DNA of 63,836 bases, the filler included, from Choristocarpus tenellus KU-1152 (taxonomy: Eukaryota > Protista > Phaeophyceae): the NCBI GenBank assembly GCA_964200185.2. It is 8 parts of 8 records of this genome, joined end to end, with 100 filler letters (N's around TTAATTAATTAA, not from the genome) between each part and the next. Parts side by side here need not be neighbours in the genome. Positions count along the whole stretch, not along the records: positions 25,056 to 28,059 come from CAXNAD020023003.1; positions 28,160 to 35,232 come from CAXNAD020006747.1; positions 35,333 to 39,065 come from CAXNAD020018243.1; 5 more parts are not named here. One strand, written 5' to 3'. The position numbers and the translations under genes are program-made. The notes beneath the pieces are model-generated. The model was not told the origin of the DNA. It was given only the letters and a program-made list of their open reading frames with translations, and searched no databases. Below, in pieces: positions 25,950 to 37,991 of the stretch. Numbering within the stretch: the first letter of the stretch is position 1; the number at the start of each line of letters is the position of its first letter.

Positions 25950-28020
25950 TAAATTTTGAGTAGGTTTGGCAGTAAGGGAGTCAATACTAAAACAGACTAC
26001 CCATGGAGTAGTGGACCTCAGCGGGCGGATGGTGTTCAACTGGGGTTTCCTTGTGGGATATGTCCCAACATAAGACTTAGAAACGGCAAGAACGCTTTCT
26101 GGGAGAAGCTTCCTTTATCCTCCTGATGGACGCAAACAATGGCACTAGAACGAGAGGCTAGAGAAGGTGGCATCACGACAGTAGGATACTTGGGGCATAT
26201 GATTGTAAGGTGCTGAGTATCAATGGCGATAGTCTGCTAATGTTTGCATCATTGAACAAACTTGCTTACACTGTCCACACATTATTTAGTGCACAAAAGG
26301 GAAACGGGTCCCATACATACTTAGCCGACTGGGCGGAGATGGAGTGCTGACATCATGGATGTGTTCTCACACGCCAAGTTGATTGCTGTTTTGTATGCAA
26401 CACTTGAGGATGTACTCTGTCCTGGAAATGGAAGCAGATTACTGTATCATATCGATATCGGTACATCTTCTTGGCCAGTTTGCTCCAAGTCACAAGATTG
26501 CTCTAGCGGAAAGAGACATATTCTTCTCAACTGAAAAGCTGTGATGTCTAGTCACCCCTTGAGATCTGAACATGCACGTGTGGTCACTGAAAATTTCTCA
26601 CGTCAAAGGAGACAGCGACAGATAAAGATGACGCTGATGTGTCTTCCATATCTAACAATACAGCAATTACACATACAAACCCATTTCTTAGAAGCTGCTT
26701 CAGATATACTACCACTTTTTCACACAAAGGTGTTGCTAGGAGGGTGATGCAGAAGTGACTAAGCTCAAGCACATGTCTTGGCGGCCTGGGAGGAACAGGA
26801 AAGAACATGGGAAGAAAATATCTCGCAGAGACCAGGCAGAGTGCCCCAGTACATCCAAATAAAATCTGCCAACCTGCTGAGAGAGCAATCACTCATAACA
26901 GAACAATGAAAGTCATACACTGAATTGCTCAATTGTCAGTCGGTCAACCTCAGCCTTCGCAGTTCTGAAGGGCTCAATCAACGATCTACATACATATAGC
27001 ACTCTATGATGAAGGACAGTGGTGGAAGTGGCTGGATTAATCTGAGTCGTGGTAAGTGGGAAGCCCGGAAGTCCAGGTTATGTTTCAGCTGAAATCCTGA
27101 TGACTGGGCCAAAAGGGGAACTAAGTCATTAGCTAGAATTTCCAAAAATCGTATTGGCTGTGTCGGACCAGGAAGGTGTGCTTCAGGTTTAGAAGGATGC
27201 TGTCATCACTGTACTCCAGAAGAAAAAGAGTCGGACAGATTGTGGTAGCTACAAGGGCACCTCATTGGTGGTACATGCTGGAAATTCACCTCTCTCGAGA
27301 AAGTTGCTCAATGACTGGGAGTTTATCTGGAGAAGGAGAATACTCCACGAGAAAAAGTGTGGTTTCCGGCCCTGGCACTCCACAGGGGACATGATGTACA
27401 ACATGCATGCCCTCCAAGAGCACGACAGGGAAAGGAATGTACATCTGTTTTCATGTGTTTATTTTCCTACGGAAAGCATGTGACTCTGTGGACCATGATC
27501 TCCTGTGAATTGTGTTTTCTAGGTTTAGAGTCCCTGAGAAGATGATCTTTGTCATTTTCCATATCCGTTTTGGGGTGCATCACTCGCCAATTTCATCATC
27601 GAGTACAGGCATGTGTCAGCACCATGGATGTTGGAGAGTATACGGATTGGTTTGAGGTTGGACAAGGCTTTTTGACAAGTGTGTGTTCTCTATCTAATCC
27701 TCCTCGATGTCTTATTTGCTACAATGCTAAGTAGATCAGTCAAGGAGCTCACTTATGACCCCTCCATTTCCATGGACCTTGTTGCTATCAAAAGAATACT
27801 CACAAACAACAAGGTCATAAGGAGGAGTAAGAGGGATTGTCGACCCTTATGCGACTCCTATGGGGTATGTCATATGCTGATAATCCAGGAATTGTCTTCA
27901 AAACAAAGATTTGGTCCGGAAGATCGTGGAGGAGGTAAAATCATTCGGGCTGGTTTTGTCAAAGGTGAAGACAGAGATCATGTGACTTCAACCTCCCAAC
28001 AAGGCTACAGACATATGCAC
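25950..28020 (+). mobile_element. Highly degenerate RTE-type LINE (APE endonuclease + RT remnants)
   Basis: LLMDAN...ILGAY...NG (APE, ~26120-26290); LVVHAG, KCGFRPWHSTGDMM, RQFHHRVQACV, DVGEYTDWFEVGQG (RT, ~27260-27720). Confidence 0.75.
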
Positions 28021-28779
28021 ATGGGTCAAAGTACCTGGGGGGGGGTGGTTTGTGAGGGGNNNNNNNNNNNNNNNNNNNNNNNNNNNNNNNNNNNNNNNNN
28101 NNNTTAATTAATTAANNNNNNNNNNNNNNNNNNNNNNNNNNNNNNNNNNNNNNNNNNNNCCCGAATGGACACCTTGGGTTAGACCCCCCCCCCCCCACCT
28201 TAGATGCTATGACTATTTTATCTGTTCGGGGCTTGACTTCCCTCGTTTTTTTTGCCCCTTTTCGGTTTTTTGTGTGAGCACGGCTACCTAAAACGTCTGC
28301 GACTATGAAAAGTATGTCAGGAGCAAGGATATTGACACATACAAACAAACACGATAGCCAAAATCCATCAAAACTGCAACATTAGATTTATGACCTTGAA
28401 CGGACCTGGCGGTTGCATAGAAGACCAAAGAAATTGGGTGGATGATGAAAATAATAAGAGGGCTTTTGGTCAAACACCTTGACTGACCCTCTTACCTCCA
28501 GTCTTATCTTTATCTTGAACGAAACTTTGAGTTAAACTCTGAGTGGAATACCAAGAGAGAAGGACACCTGACACCCTACAAACTGTTATCAAGGGTAATG
28601 CCTCCATAGTGTCGTTTTTGAGGTCATTGGATTTGAGTTGTATATAATGTGGAGGTGAGTTCTGAGGGGCACACTGTAACAGAACAGGTTAGACATCCCT
28701 ATGGTGAGAGCCACTGACCAAGGGACTAGCCATAAAAGAAAGGCTCCTGCCCTTGGAAACAGTTGAAGAACTTGATTTA

Positions 28780-29650
28780 CCACCGACCGAACATCCACCT
28801 ACAAGCAATGTTGCATCCTCTAGTGATTGTGGTAACCCTCTTTGTATACTGAGAAGTGTGATGAATTCCTTTATACTAGTGGGTTACAGACCTGATGAGT
28901 TGCCATCAGAGTCCTCAGAGAAGATATTTTATTCCCAAGACGGTGGAAGTGATGCCGACAATATCTTGAAATCCATACCATGACCCAGTCTGGGTGGTAT
29001 TTCGATCTTTTCTATCAGACGACCCAGGCTTTTGTGGGGTAAAAACATACCTGTTATTCGGAGACGTAAGTACAGCATGATCCTATTTGTGAGAAGTATG
29101 CGTATTATTCAACAACTTACAAATAGATTAAAATGCCCATACAAAGTTTTTTTTCGAGGTCATTTTTTTCTTATTTTCCAAGCACCTTGGTTGGCAAGTG
29201 TTGAACCAGGTGAGAGTAAGAGATAAAGAATTTTTCAATTTCTCTTCACAATATCCCTGCAACCCTCCCAATGGATTACTTGACGATGCCAATCTGTGGT
29301 GATACTGAGCTTCATCCACCCAGATTCCCAGGGGTACACAGAAGACAGGCTGGTCCACATCATTATTATCACCGCTCTTTCCACACGATAACGCAGATTT
29401 ACTTCAGTTTTTTTTCCTTTCTCTAAAAAAATACAATATTTCTTGAGTTGATTCGATCAGGATGTTTTTCCTCGAAGAACTTGTGCGACATTAAGTGGTA
29501 CTCAGCCACTTTTTTGTTCATGCCGGATGGAATCCACACTGGATGGGGGGCAATGTGATGGACAGGTCCCCTTTTTGGGATCTCCTGACACAGATGTGGA
29601 TAATGTGTGCAGTCATATGCACTTGCGCACGCCACCTTTTAATATTGAGA
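28780..29650. repeat. Unclassified ~0.9-kb dispersed repeat, inverted homologue of ~35500-36400
   Basis: Collinear shared blocks: TCTGATGGCAACTCATCAGG, CTGGTTCAAC, TATCACCACA, GTTGCAGGGA, TAGAGGATGC. Confidence 0.75.
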
Positions 29651-30349
29651 CCAGCGGCAGTGATGTGAGTCAGGCACACGAACAGATTGCGGTAACCCCG
29701 ACATGAATGGTAGATTCAAACGAGAAAAGCCTGAGATTGTCTACTCTTTTCTGTGCTCATCACACATAACTATACCCCATAATATGTAATACTTGTTACA
29801 GAGAGCAATACTACTATTATAACATAGTATAATAGTATCTTAGCATAAATTGATAATATCATAGATATTTTTATTATATTGTTACTATTATAATAATAGT
29901 CCTTACAATTATTATTTTATTATTATGCCGTCTAACATAACATTTGGTCCACCTACTACAATATGAACTCCCTATAAATTGAGTCAACGTGTTCGTATCC
30001 CTTTTTTCAAACTTGGTGCAGAGTTTGTACTATTATAGTATTGACCTCTAACCGAGTGCTGATGTTGTCTTCCACATTTTGTTGATGTCCAGCAGTGCAG
30101 AACCCATATAAATTAACTTGACACACACTGAAGAGTAAGGATTTAATTGCTTGACTATGTTGTGTGCATGAAAATTTTGAAACGTTGTATCCAAACGGAT
30201 GTCAGATGTACTTAAGTATAATTTTCTTTACGTTTTGGTTTGAAGTCAGCCTCAACGTTTATTAAGCAGTTCCAAACAAGTCTCGCCTCTTTATATCTAT
30301 TGTGTACTTACCTATCTACAGAAGTCCACAGGAGAGGTGGTTGCAAGTG

Positions 30350-31950
30350 AAGGTTACGTTTGTGTAGCTCTAACAACTGGAGAAAGATGTTAGATCAGTT
30401 TTCCATTTCTGAAGGAAAACCTCGACTCATTTACATGCTGAGATGCACTTGAATGGAGTGACGTTGAACATGGAGCATGGTACAGGGTGATATCACAAAA
30501 TGGGGCAAATATTAACAGGATAACCTTAGCACTTGAATCCTGGAGGTGTGGGTAAGACCGCACCCATTGCACTACCCTTGATCCATTGAGTCTAAAAAAT
30601 GTGTGCAAAATTCGGGATCTTTTACAAATGCTTTAAAGGAACATTTCTGAATTACTGCAATGGGTGTGGACATGCCAAGTGCTGCACGTTGAGGTCCTTG
30701 ATTCAAATGATGAACTATTTGAGAATACATACAACCAATAAACAAATGTGCACCAAAGTACTGGCACAAAAAACTCAACGAGCAGGGGACATGGAGCAAG
30801 AATGAAAGGTTTGCATAGAAAAGACTTTTAGTCCATTGAAAAAAAGATCAGAGGGGGGAGAGGGATGGCTAAGGGATGCAGGCATCAAGGGTGTACAGGG
30901 ATGCAATTACACCAGTGGGGAGGGGGCTGGCCAGAAAAGGACGAAGAAAACATCTTCATGGACGAGGAGGGGGGAAGGGATAAAGGGCATGGAACAATTT
31001 GAGAGACTTTCTGCCAATAAAGGGGGAAGATAATCTTTTTCTCACAAACAAAAAAGCTGGACAATGCGTGTAACAAAGTAATTATAAGTTCAATACATGA
31101 TTGCAATAAATTAAACCGGCATAGTAACAGCATTAAAAGCAGGAGGTAGAAAACAGGTGAAAAACAGGGCATCGACATTGAAACAAGCTGGCCATGGAGT
31201 GGGGGAGTAGGTCCACAGTATCCTATAGGGGGGGTCTAGCCTCCATTCGGGGTTTGTATAAACCTGCAGTGATTTTCATGTAATCTGAGTGAACTTGTCA
31301 GATGTATGGCCAATTTCCTTCATCTGAACGCACCTTGCTTTTCCACCCCCTAGATCAAATCCGAAGGAAATTCACTCGTAAAACGGGCATCAAACTGGGG
31401 TATCTTACAATACCCCACCAAGCCCTAAATGGACAACCTGGGCTCAACAACCCCCCCCTCTAAGACATCACAGGGGAACAGATGCACAATGTGAGTCCCT
31501 TAAAGTAACAGCACACAGAGAAGCAGGATATTCATTCTCCTGCAATCATTACGGGATTGAAAAAAGGGAGGGACATGAATGTTAGCACTGGGCTGTATCA
31601 TTGCATTGTGTGAGAGAAAAAAATGCATCATAAAGCAGCAGATATCTGATGACAAACGAGTCCAGAAGGATGTGCATAGTCTTGAGTGAAAAAAACAGAG
31701 AGCACAATAGGGCACTGCACATGTCCACTTGTGGCGCATCGATAAATACCTAGGCAGAAGTTGGACAAGGGTATCCAAGGACAAAAGGAGCAACTGGAAC
31801 GAAAGTGGGGTGGGGTGCAGGAGTTGAGGACTGATGAAAACATTTCAAGGTTGGAAGAGGTATGGAGAATAAATGTGTATTACTTAGCAACACAGTGTAA
31901 GCTGCAAGTGGATGAGCAAAAAGGCACAAATTCAACAAGTGATAAACTCA
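30350..31950 (+). mobile_element. Degenerate Crypton-like element remnant interrupted by a family C MITE
   Basis: GKTAPI block at ~30550; DKGIQGQKEQLERKWGG at ~31760 resembles the GCR1_C domain motif (G..G...LE..(Y/W)G). Confidence 0.35.
31210..31475. mobile_element. MITE family C, degenerate copy
   Basis: Reverse-complement homology to 8430-8699 along its length. Confidence 0.75.
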
Positions 31951-33511
31951 AATGTGCAAGTTACACTCCAAAGTATAGTGAGAAATTTAGCCTCCCTGCA
32001 GTGTTCGACCCCTCTTCCAACTATTGGCTCGATTTCTGTACCATTATGAAAAATCCAGGCAACATAGAACAGAGGGGATACACCACGTGCAAAACTCTGT
32101 GGGCTACAGCGAGCCAGGCAGTGCAAAAATATGCTAGATACATCAAGCGTACCACAGAGGAAACCAAGAAGGCCATGAGCAACACTGGTGGGTGTAAGGC
32201 AGGAGAGGTAAAGCGACATATATAGTTACATTTCTAACGCTGTTCAGCATCCTCCGACTTGGTCAACATTTTTTTTGTCTAAACGCCCTCCATATCGATG
32301 ATTGGACGCGGTGTGACTATTCTGTGTGAAGTCATCTTCCGCCAGACACTACGTGGAACCCTCAACTCCCCAAAACGAATCTATATACGGACAGGCCAGT
32401 ACGTAGTCGCCTTCTCCTAACTCTGCCTGGAGTGTACATACGACAGCATTCCACGTTTCCTCATCTGAGCTAACAGGAGGGAAAGCTTACACCTTCTCGA
32501 ATGCTTTGTACATGAACGTATGTCAACCCCCTTTTGATACAGACGTCAACAAACACAAACGACCGATGGAAACGATTGGACAGATTGCGACCAGTTTATC
32601 CCCCTGTTCCCTACATTATTGATCAAATATTTCATTCAAACCACGAGACTTGAGAGCATGTTGGACTAGAATGAATAATACAATTGTTCGGGCCTTGTCA
32701 CTTGTGGTGAACCCCCCTACCACCACCCCAATACACCTTCAGTTGCGGATACTGTCTTATTTGGAGTAGATACCAGCCCACAGTCCATTTTGACCTGTGT
32801 GGAGACGGGCGCTGTGCGCCCGTCCCGAGGACCTCTTCTTTCTACCTGGATTGAATTAATACCCTGAGAAGACGGAGATCCTCCCTCACCATTGGTGCCT
32901 GCTGACTGTTGGGCATCAAGAGCTGTATGGGGTGAAAGCTCATAATCCAACAAACAGGAATCCATTCATTGGGGCCACCAGTAATCTGTCCGATTCATGA
33001 AAATTGAAGTGGGGGATAGGATGACCGTAAATCACCGTGCCGTTCTTAGTGTGGTGGAGGGTGGTGTCAAATTTGTGGATGGGAATTGAAGCATTAACTT
33101 GTTTAACCAATGATGTGAACAAGTACTTAGTACATTATATAGAGCACTGTATAATTTAGTGTAATAGGGTGTTTGCGCAAAATGTTACAAACTATCTAAT
33201 AAGTCTTTTATGTCATTATAGGCAACATGGTAGCTCTAATAATATATTATGAGGTGATATATACGACTTTTTCGATAGCGTTTTATTTTGCGCAAACATG
33301 TTAGTAGAACAAAATAACCAAATCGACATAGTATTCTTTTTTCTAGCTATTTCAAAGTTCAAAATCCAGTCCTTTGAGGAACTTTTGGATGATAACTCCC
33401 CTCATTTCGAACCTTTTCAGGGCAACATAATGGAAAGTGATCTCAGGAACAAACTTTGGTTCAGTAAGAATCACACACCTGTATGCACTGGAGCATATTT
33501 CCACACCAACA

Positions 33512-35062
33512 ATGAGGCATAGGGACGATCTTTTCAGGACCTGCATAGCCAGAGCCTATGAAGAGTATGCTAGTATTGTGGCGCGAAATGCACCTTTTGT
33601 TCTCATAACGGGTCTCTGCCTCACCCTTCTGCTAATTGTCGGATGCCTACAACTTGACAACAACAATGACTACCTTAATCTTTGGATGTGAGTGAGATAG
33701 GTGGGCATGGTCTTATTGTAGGCATCGACGTTCGAGGCATGCCTTGTTCAGGTTAAGGACTATATTTGTCATGAACTAACTTTGTGACTGGCAATCTGTT
33801 TCGAACTTTTTTCCCCATTACAATTTGGTTGTTGCATGGAGGACAGGTACCAAGGAACACGTCTCGATGGTGAGAAGGCATTTTACGAGAAACACTTTGG
33901 TGGTATATTCCGTTCCCAGGCAGTTGTGGTTTCTTCCACAGATGGTGGCAACATCGCTACTCGCGAGGGACTGGATGCCATGTTACATGTGAGTCTCACA
34001 CTGGCTTCCTAGCCTTGACATTGTCGGCCAACATGCTTGGCGATGAGGTTGGGGCATCAAGAGCTCTGGCAACGTGGTCTAGGAGAAGAGATTCGGAGAC
34101 CATACATCAAAGAGTGATGACTAGAAGAAAGCAAGTAGCCCTTGTTCAATCTGTAATTTTATTATATCTTCGATGGTTTTACATCTCCATGTGAAGAGAT
34201 GGTAAATGTACATTTATCTCCGAGTTGTTTTCGTTGGAGGCCGGGTTGCAAGTGCTTCTGGTGTGCTTGTTCCTCTACCCTATCGATAATAGTATTTTTT
34301 TTGTATTCGACTCATGCCTGATCCGTTCAATCCCCCTTCACAAGAGTGTTTCATTGATTAGAAAAGGTGCTTATGTGCAAACACCCTCAGTGTTCAATCT
34401 CACATTCGATTCTTAATGCCGATACTTGTGGTGATGACCTTTGCCTGTGACGGGTTGCAACGCAGGCTGCCCAATACAACGACGAGGAGAGCGTACAGGC
34501 GATCAAAATTGACGTACTCAACAGGAGTTGCGGACTAGCAGATCTGTGCGATCGACCAGCTGTTCCAGTTGTGTACCAGCCCTACTCAACTGATAGGCAA
34601 TGGGCCTGGATGGAGGGGCAGTTCATGTCATATGGATATCAGTGAGTGGATTCCAACCCCCCGTCTTTATCAAGTGAAACACACGTCCACCCTCTCTCTC
34701 ATCGTTACTGCAGCCTACGCTTTAAGACTGGTGTTTGTCAAATCTACCAGATATCAATTCTGAAACTCATGACAGCAACAGGCACGCTACTTCAGCCTTG
34801 CAGAAACTCATCCTTCATACTGTTGTAAATCGATCAGCATTCAACTCTCCTCCTCGATCTGCCTCCCTGCATCTTGCTACTCTCCTGCCATGTAGATACA
34901 TGGCAAACTGCACAAAGCAAAGAGGTGGTACTTCTATCCATCCGAATGGGATGCAGAATTATACAGCTCCAGAGGAGGACCTGCAGTATGGCTGGGGGGT
35001 GGATCAATTTCCCTGCTCCAGGGCCACAGGACTGGATTGTTTTGCAGAGGGAAATTTCGACT
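33512..35062 (+). CDS. Patched-family membrane protein, N-terminal four exons (3'-truncated by contig end)
   Basis: Exons 33512-33687, 33847-33988, 34466-34641, 34896-35062; GT-AG (all donors GTGAGT), phase-consistent. TM1 FVLITGLCLTLLLIVGC, then LWMYQGTRLDGEKAFYEKHFG, DLC and FPCSRATGLDCFAEG. Confidence 0.85.
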
Positions 35063-35332
35063 GTGAGTGCAGCATTTTCTGCTGTTGAAATCTCTCTGTC
35101 AACACATTCCTGTTTATACGTCCTTTTTTGTCATACTGTTGCATGTTTCATTGTGCTGTCTTATTTGTTTAGGTAGCTGTGCAACCTGTATGTATATTGG
35201 TTTGGTTTTAAAGCACTGAACCCCCCCCAGATNNNNNNNNNNNNNNNNNNNNNNNNNNNNNNNNNNNNNNNNNNNNTTAATTAATTAANNNNNNNNNNNN
35301 NNNNNNNNNNNNNNNNNNNNNNNNNNNNNNNN

Positions 35333-35489
35333 GGGGGGGGATCTACACCAGGGTGTCCATTCGGACCCTGACCAAGAAAATTGCACTTACACCATTCATC
35401 CGACACATGGAACCAAATCACACAACAACTGTAACACAGAAAAATGGACCCTGAATGGACAGCTGCCACCGCCCAGATAGTTTGGTCCC
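35333..35489. mobile_element. MITE family B copy at contig start
   Basis: TCCATTCGGACCCTGACCA ... CCCTGAATGGACAGC shared with 12671-12849. Confidence 0.8.
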
Positions 35490-36421
35490 GTTGAATGTTC
35501 CATTGAGCAGCCTCAATGAAAAAGTGACGTGTGCAGTGCTTATCATTGCATGCTGTACCCATGTCATTGTGTACGAGACCGCAAATGGGATTTTTCCCTG
35601 ACATCACACGCACACACTATAGATTCCATGTGACTGAAACAAAAGTACTGGCCAGCACATCATGTCAGACAGGTGGAAGAAAATCACCTGGTTGTTGGAA
35701 CAATTTTGGGTAACAGTTAGGGCACTAGTAGTGATAGGCCCCAATGTCCACAACACTTCAGTCCATGGTAGAATACCTGTGTGACGGATGGACAATATGG
35801 TGAGAAGAATGGCATGGGCTTGCCTGTCTCCGACATACCTCTTGGGGTATCTGTGGATAAAATTATATATCACCACATATTTGGTTTCTTCAGATTATCC
35901 ACTGAGATTTGTTGCAGGGAAACTGTCAACAGTATGGAAGAGTCACCATCTCCTGCTGTCGACTGGTTCAACGTATTGCCATGGGCCTTTGAACAAGAGG
36001 AAAATTTTGGACTTAAAATATGTGTTGTTTGGTATGCATATTTGGTAACACGTGGAAAGGGTGAAAGGATAAGAAATTATGCAAGCTTTGAAGATAGGAT
36101 CGAACTGCGAAATAGATTAGCTCATGTACGAACCCTTGGTGCCTGTAACCTGTATGATAGATAAGCTCTTAGACTACCGCCCATCAATGCCAATGGTGTG
36201 GTCTTCAAGAATTATTGGTGCCGATTCCGGTCTCTTAGAATTAAAATAGACTAATCTTCTCTATCTGTGGATTCTGATGGCAACTCATCAGGCCATCAAG
36301 CCACTAATATGGAGGAATTCCACAAGGAGGGTTTTTCAAGAGTAGAGGATGCCGAGTTGTTTGTTGGTGGGTGTCTGGTTTGGGGTGAATCAACCACCGA
36401 AGTGTCATCCCCCCAAGATTT

Positions 36422-37281
36422 TCATCGCTTGAGCAAGGCCATGGACAACCAACCAAGGATAAGAGCAACCCCACCTGTGGGGGCTGGAAGGCCCATACTC
36501 TTGTTTTCCGTGATTCCTGGGGAGAAACGGAAACGCGTCAAAACAGCAAGGGATCCCCATATGATGTTGCCGTGGTTGGTGGAGGAAGCGCCAAGGTAGT
36601 TAGTACTTGTAATGTTCACTTCCTCATTTAGAACCGGAATGAAGAAAGGCGAAGAATAACTGAGGAGGAATGGATCCACTCAAACGACTTGTTGAGTGTT
36701 GGGGGAGGGATTAACTGAGACATTCTTACCGTAAGCGTAAATCGAACCGGAAAACAGAATGACGCCTGTTGTAAAAAGCATTCCAGTCGCAGTCCTTGCA
36801 GGTCCTGGCTTGAAGACTGGGAGGGATGCTAAGGCTACCGAGTGCACGATTTGGTATTGAGCTGCGGTCTTCCAATCCTGCTTGATCTTGTCGGGTTTAG
36901 ATTTGAGTGCATGGGCTCCCACAGCACCTACGATATAAGAACGATGGTGATGGTTGCAAATTGATTTGTGGGACGAGTAAAGGATATGCAGACCTCTGTA
37001 TCTACAGAGAAATTCGTGGATTCTGTTGATAAGTATGCTTGACTGTTAGCACACGACATGGCAAAAACCGAACTCACGGAAGAGTTATGTACGTATACTC
37101 AACAAGCACACACACACAAGATCCCTACCAACTGGACCAAGACATAGACATCTACTACGGCACAAAGGTGCAGCCACTGTCGATCTACGACAGTATTGTG
37201 ACTTGCGTGTTGTTGAGTCCAGCCGCACCTACCTAGAGCAACTCCTGATGATCCGCCGACTGCTGCAACAATGTGCCACAT
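36422..37281 (-). CDS. TMEM256: Transmembrane protein 256 (DUF423 family), complete, 3 exons
   Basis: Exons 37281-37233, 36927-36730, 36516-36422: MWHIVAAVGGSSGVALGAVGAHAL...WKTAAQYQIVHSVAL...GVILFSGSIY...APTGGVALILGWLSMA. Confidence 0.93.
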
Positions 37282-37465
37282 CCTCTTGTTTGTGTTGAAG
37301 GTTGTTGCGTTGGGGTGTCTAAAGGCCTTCCAATATTATGGAAAGGTTAAACTCTTCCACCTCTTCTAAGTTCTGATCCAACACAGTCCAAGCTCACACT
37401 GGTGAGACCTTCTGAAGTTGTACAAAGTAAAGACATTATCTTGGCAAGGAGTAGGGATTGGTAAA
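37282..37465. promoter_or_regulatory. Putative bidirectional promoter / 5' UTR region
   Basis: Only 184 bp between the divergent start codons of TMEM256 and V-ATPase G. Confidence 0.6.
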
Positions 37466-37991
37466 ATGTCGGGAAAGAGTGGTATCCAGGAGGAACTCAG
37501 GGCGGCGGAGGCCAAAGCTTCCACGATAGTGTCCGAGGCCCGTGCTGGTGCGAAAACCTAACCCCACAATGTAGAAAAATGCGATTTCCCTATGCCCCTC
37601 CTACCAGTAACCGACTTAGGATCTAACTACCATATATTTCCTAACTGATTGTCCTAATCTATTGTGGTTTTCAAAGGTTTTGCCAATTTATGGGCACGAC
37701 CCACTCACTTGTGAAGACCTACGAATGATTGGACAACCTGAAATTTCGTACGGTTTCGATGACTATGAGTTATTACGTGCTGATGGCGGCACAAAAAGTC
37801 AACCATTGCGTTTGATTGTATAATATATAGATGTTCCTACTGACTACATACTTGGTCCTAACGCTTCCTAACTGCTGGTGGTGTGTGCAGCACGGACGAA
37901 GCGCATGAAGGAAGCCAAGCAGGAGGCAGAGGGACTAGCTCGTGCTTATCGTGCCGAGAAGGAGGCAGCCTACCAGGCTAGCATGCAAAAG
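37466..37991 (+). CDS. ATP6V1G: V-type proton ATPase subunit G, first two exons (rest beyond contig end)
   Basis: Exons 37466-37547 and 37891-37991: MSGKSGIQEELRAAEAKASTIVSEARAARTKRMKEAKQEAEGLARAYRAEKEAAYQ. Confidence 0.92.

Noticed and set aside
30390-30800. piggyBac-like MGVD motif
   Set aside because: No other piggyBac catalytic motifs or TTAA-bounded TIRs; better explained by homology to the 19.9-kb fragment.
32230-33120. Possible minus-strand gene divergent from the Patched-like gene
   Set aside because: Some exon-like pieces, but I could not build a phase-consistent model or recognise a family.
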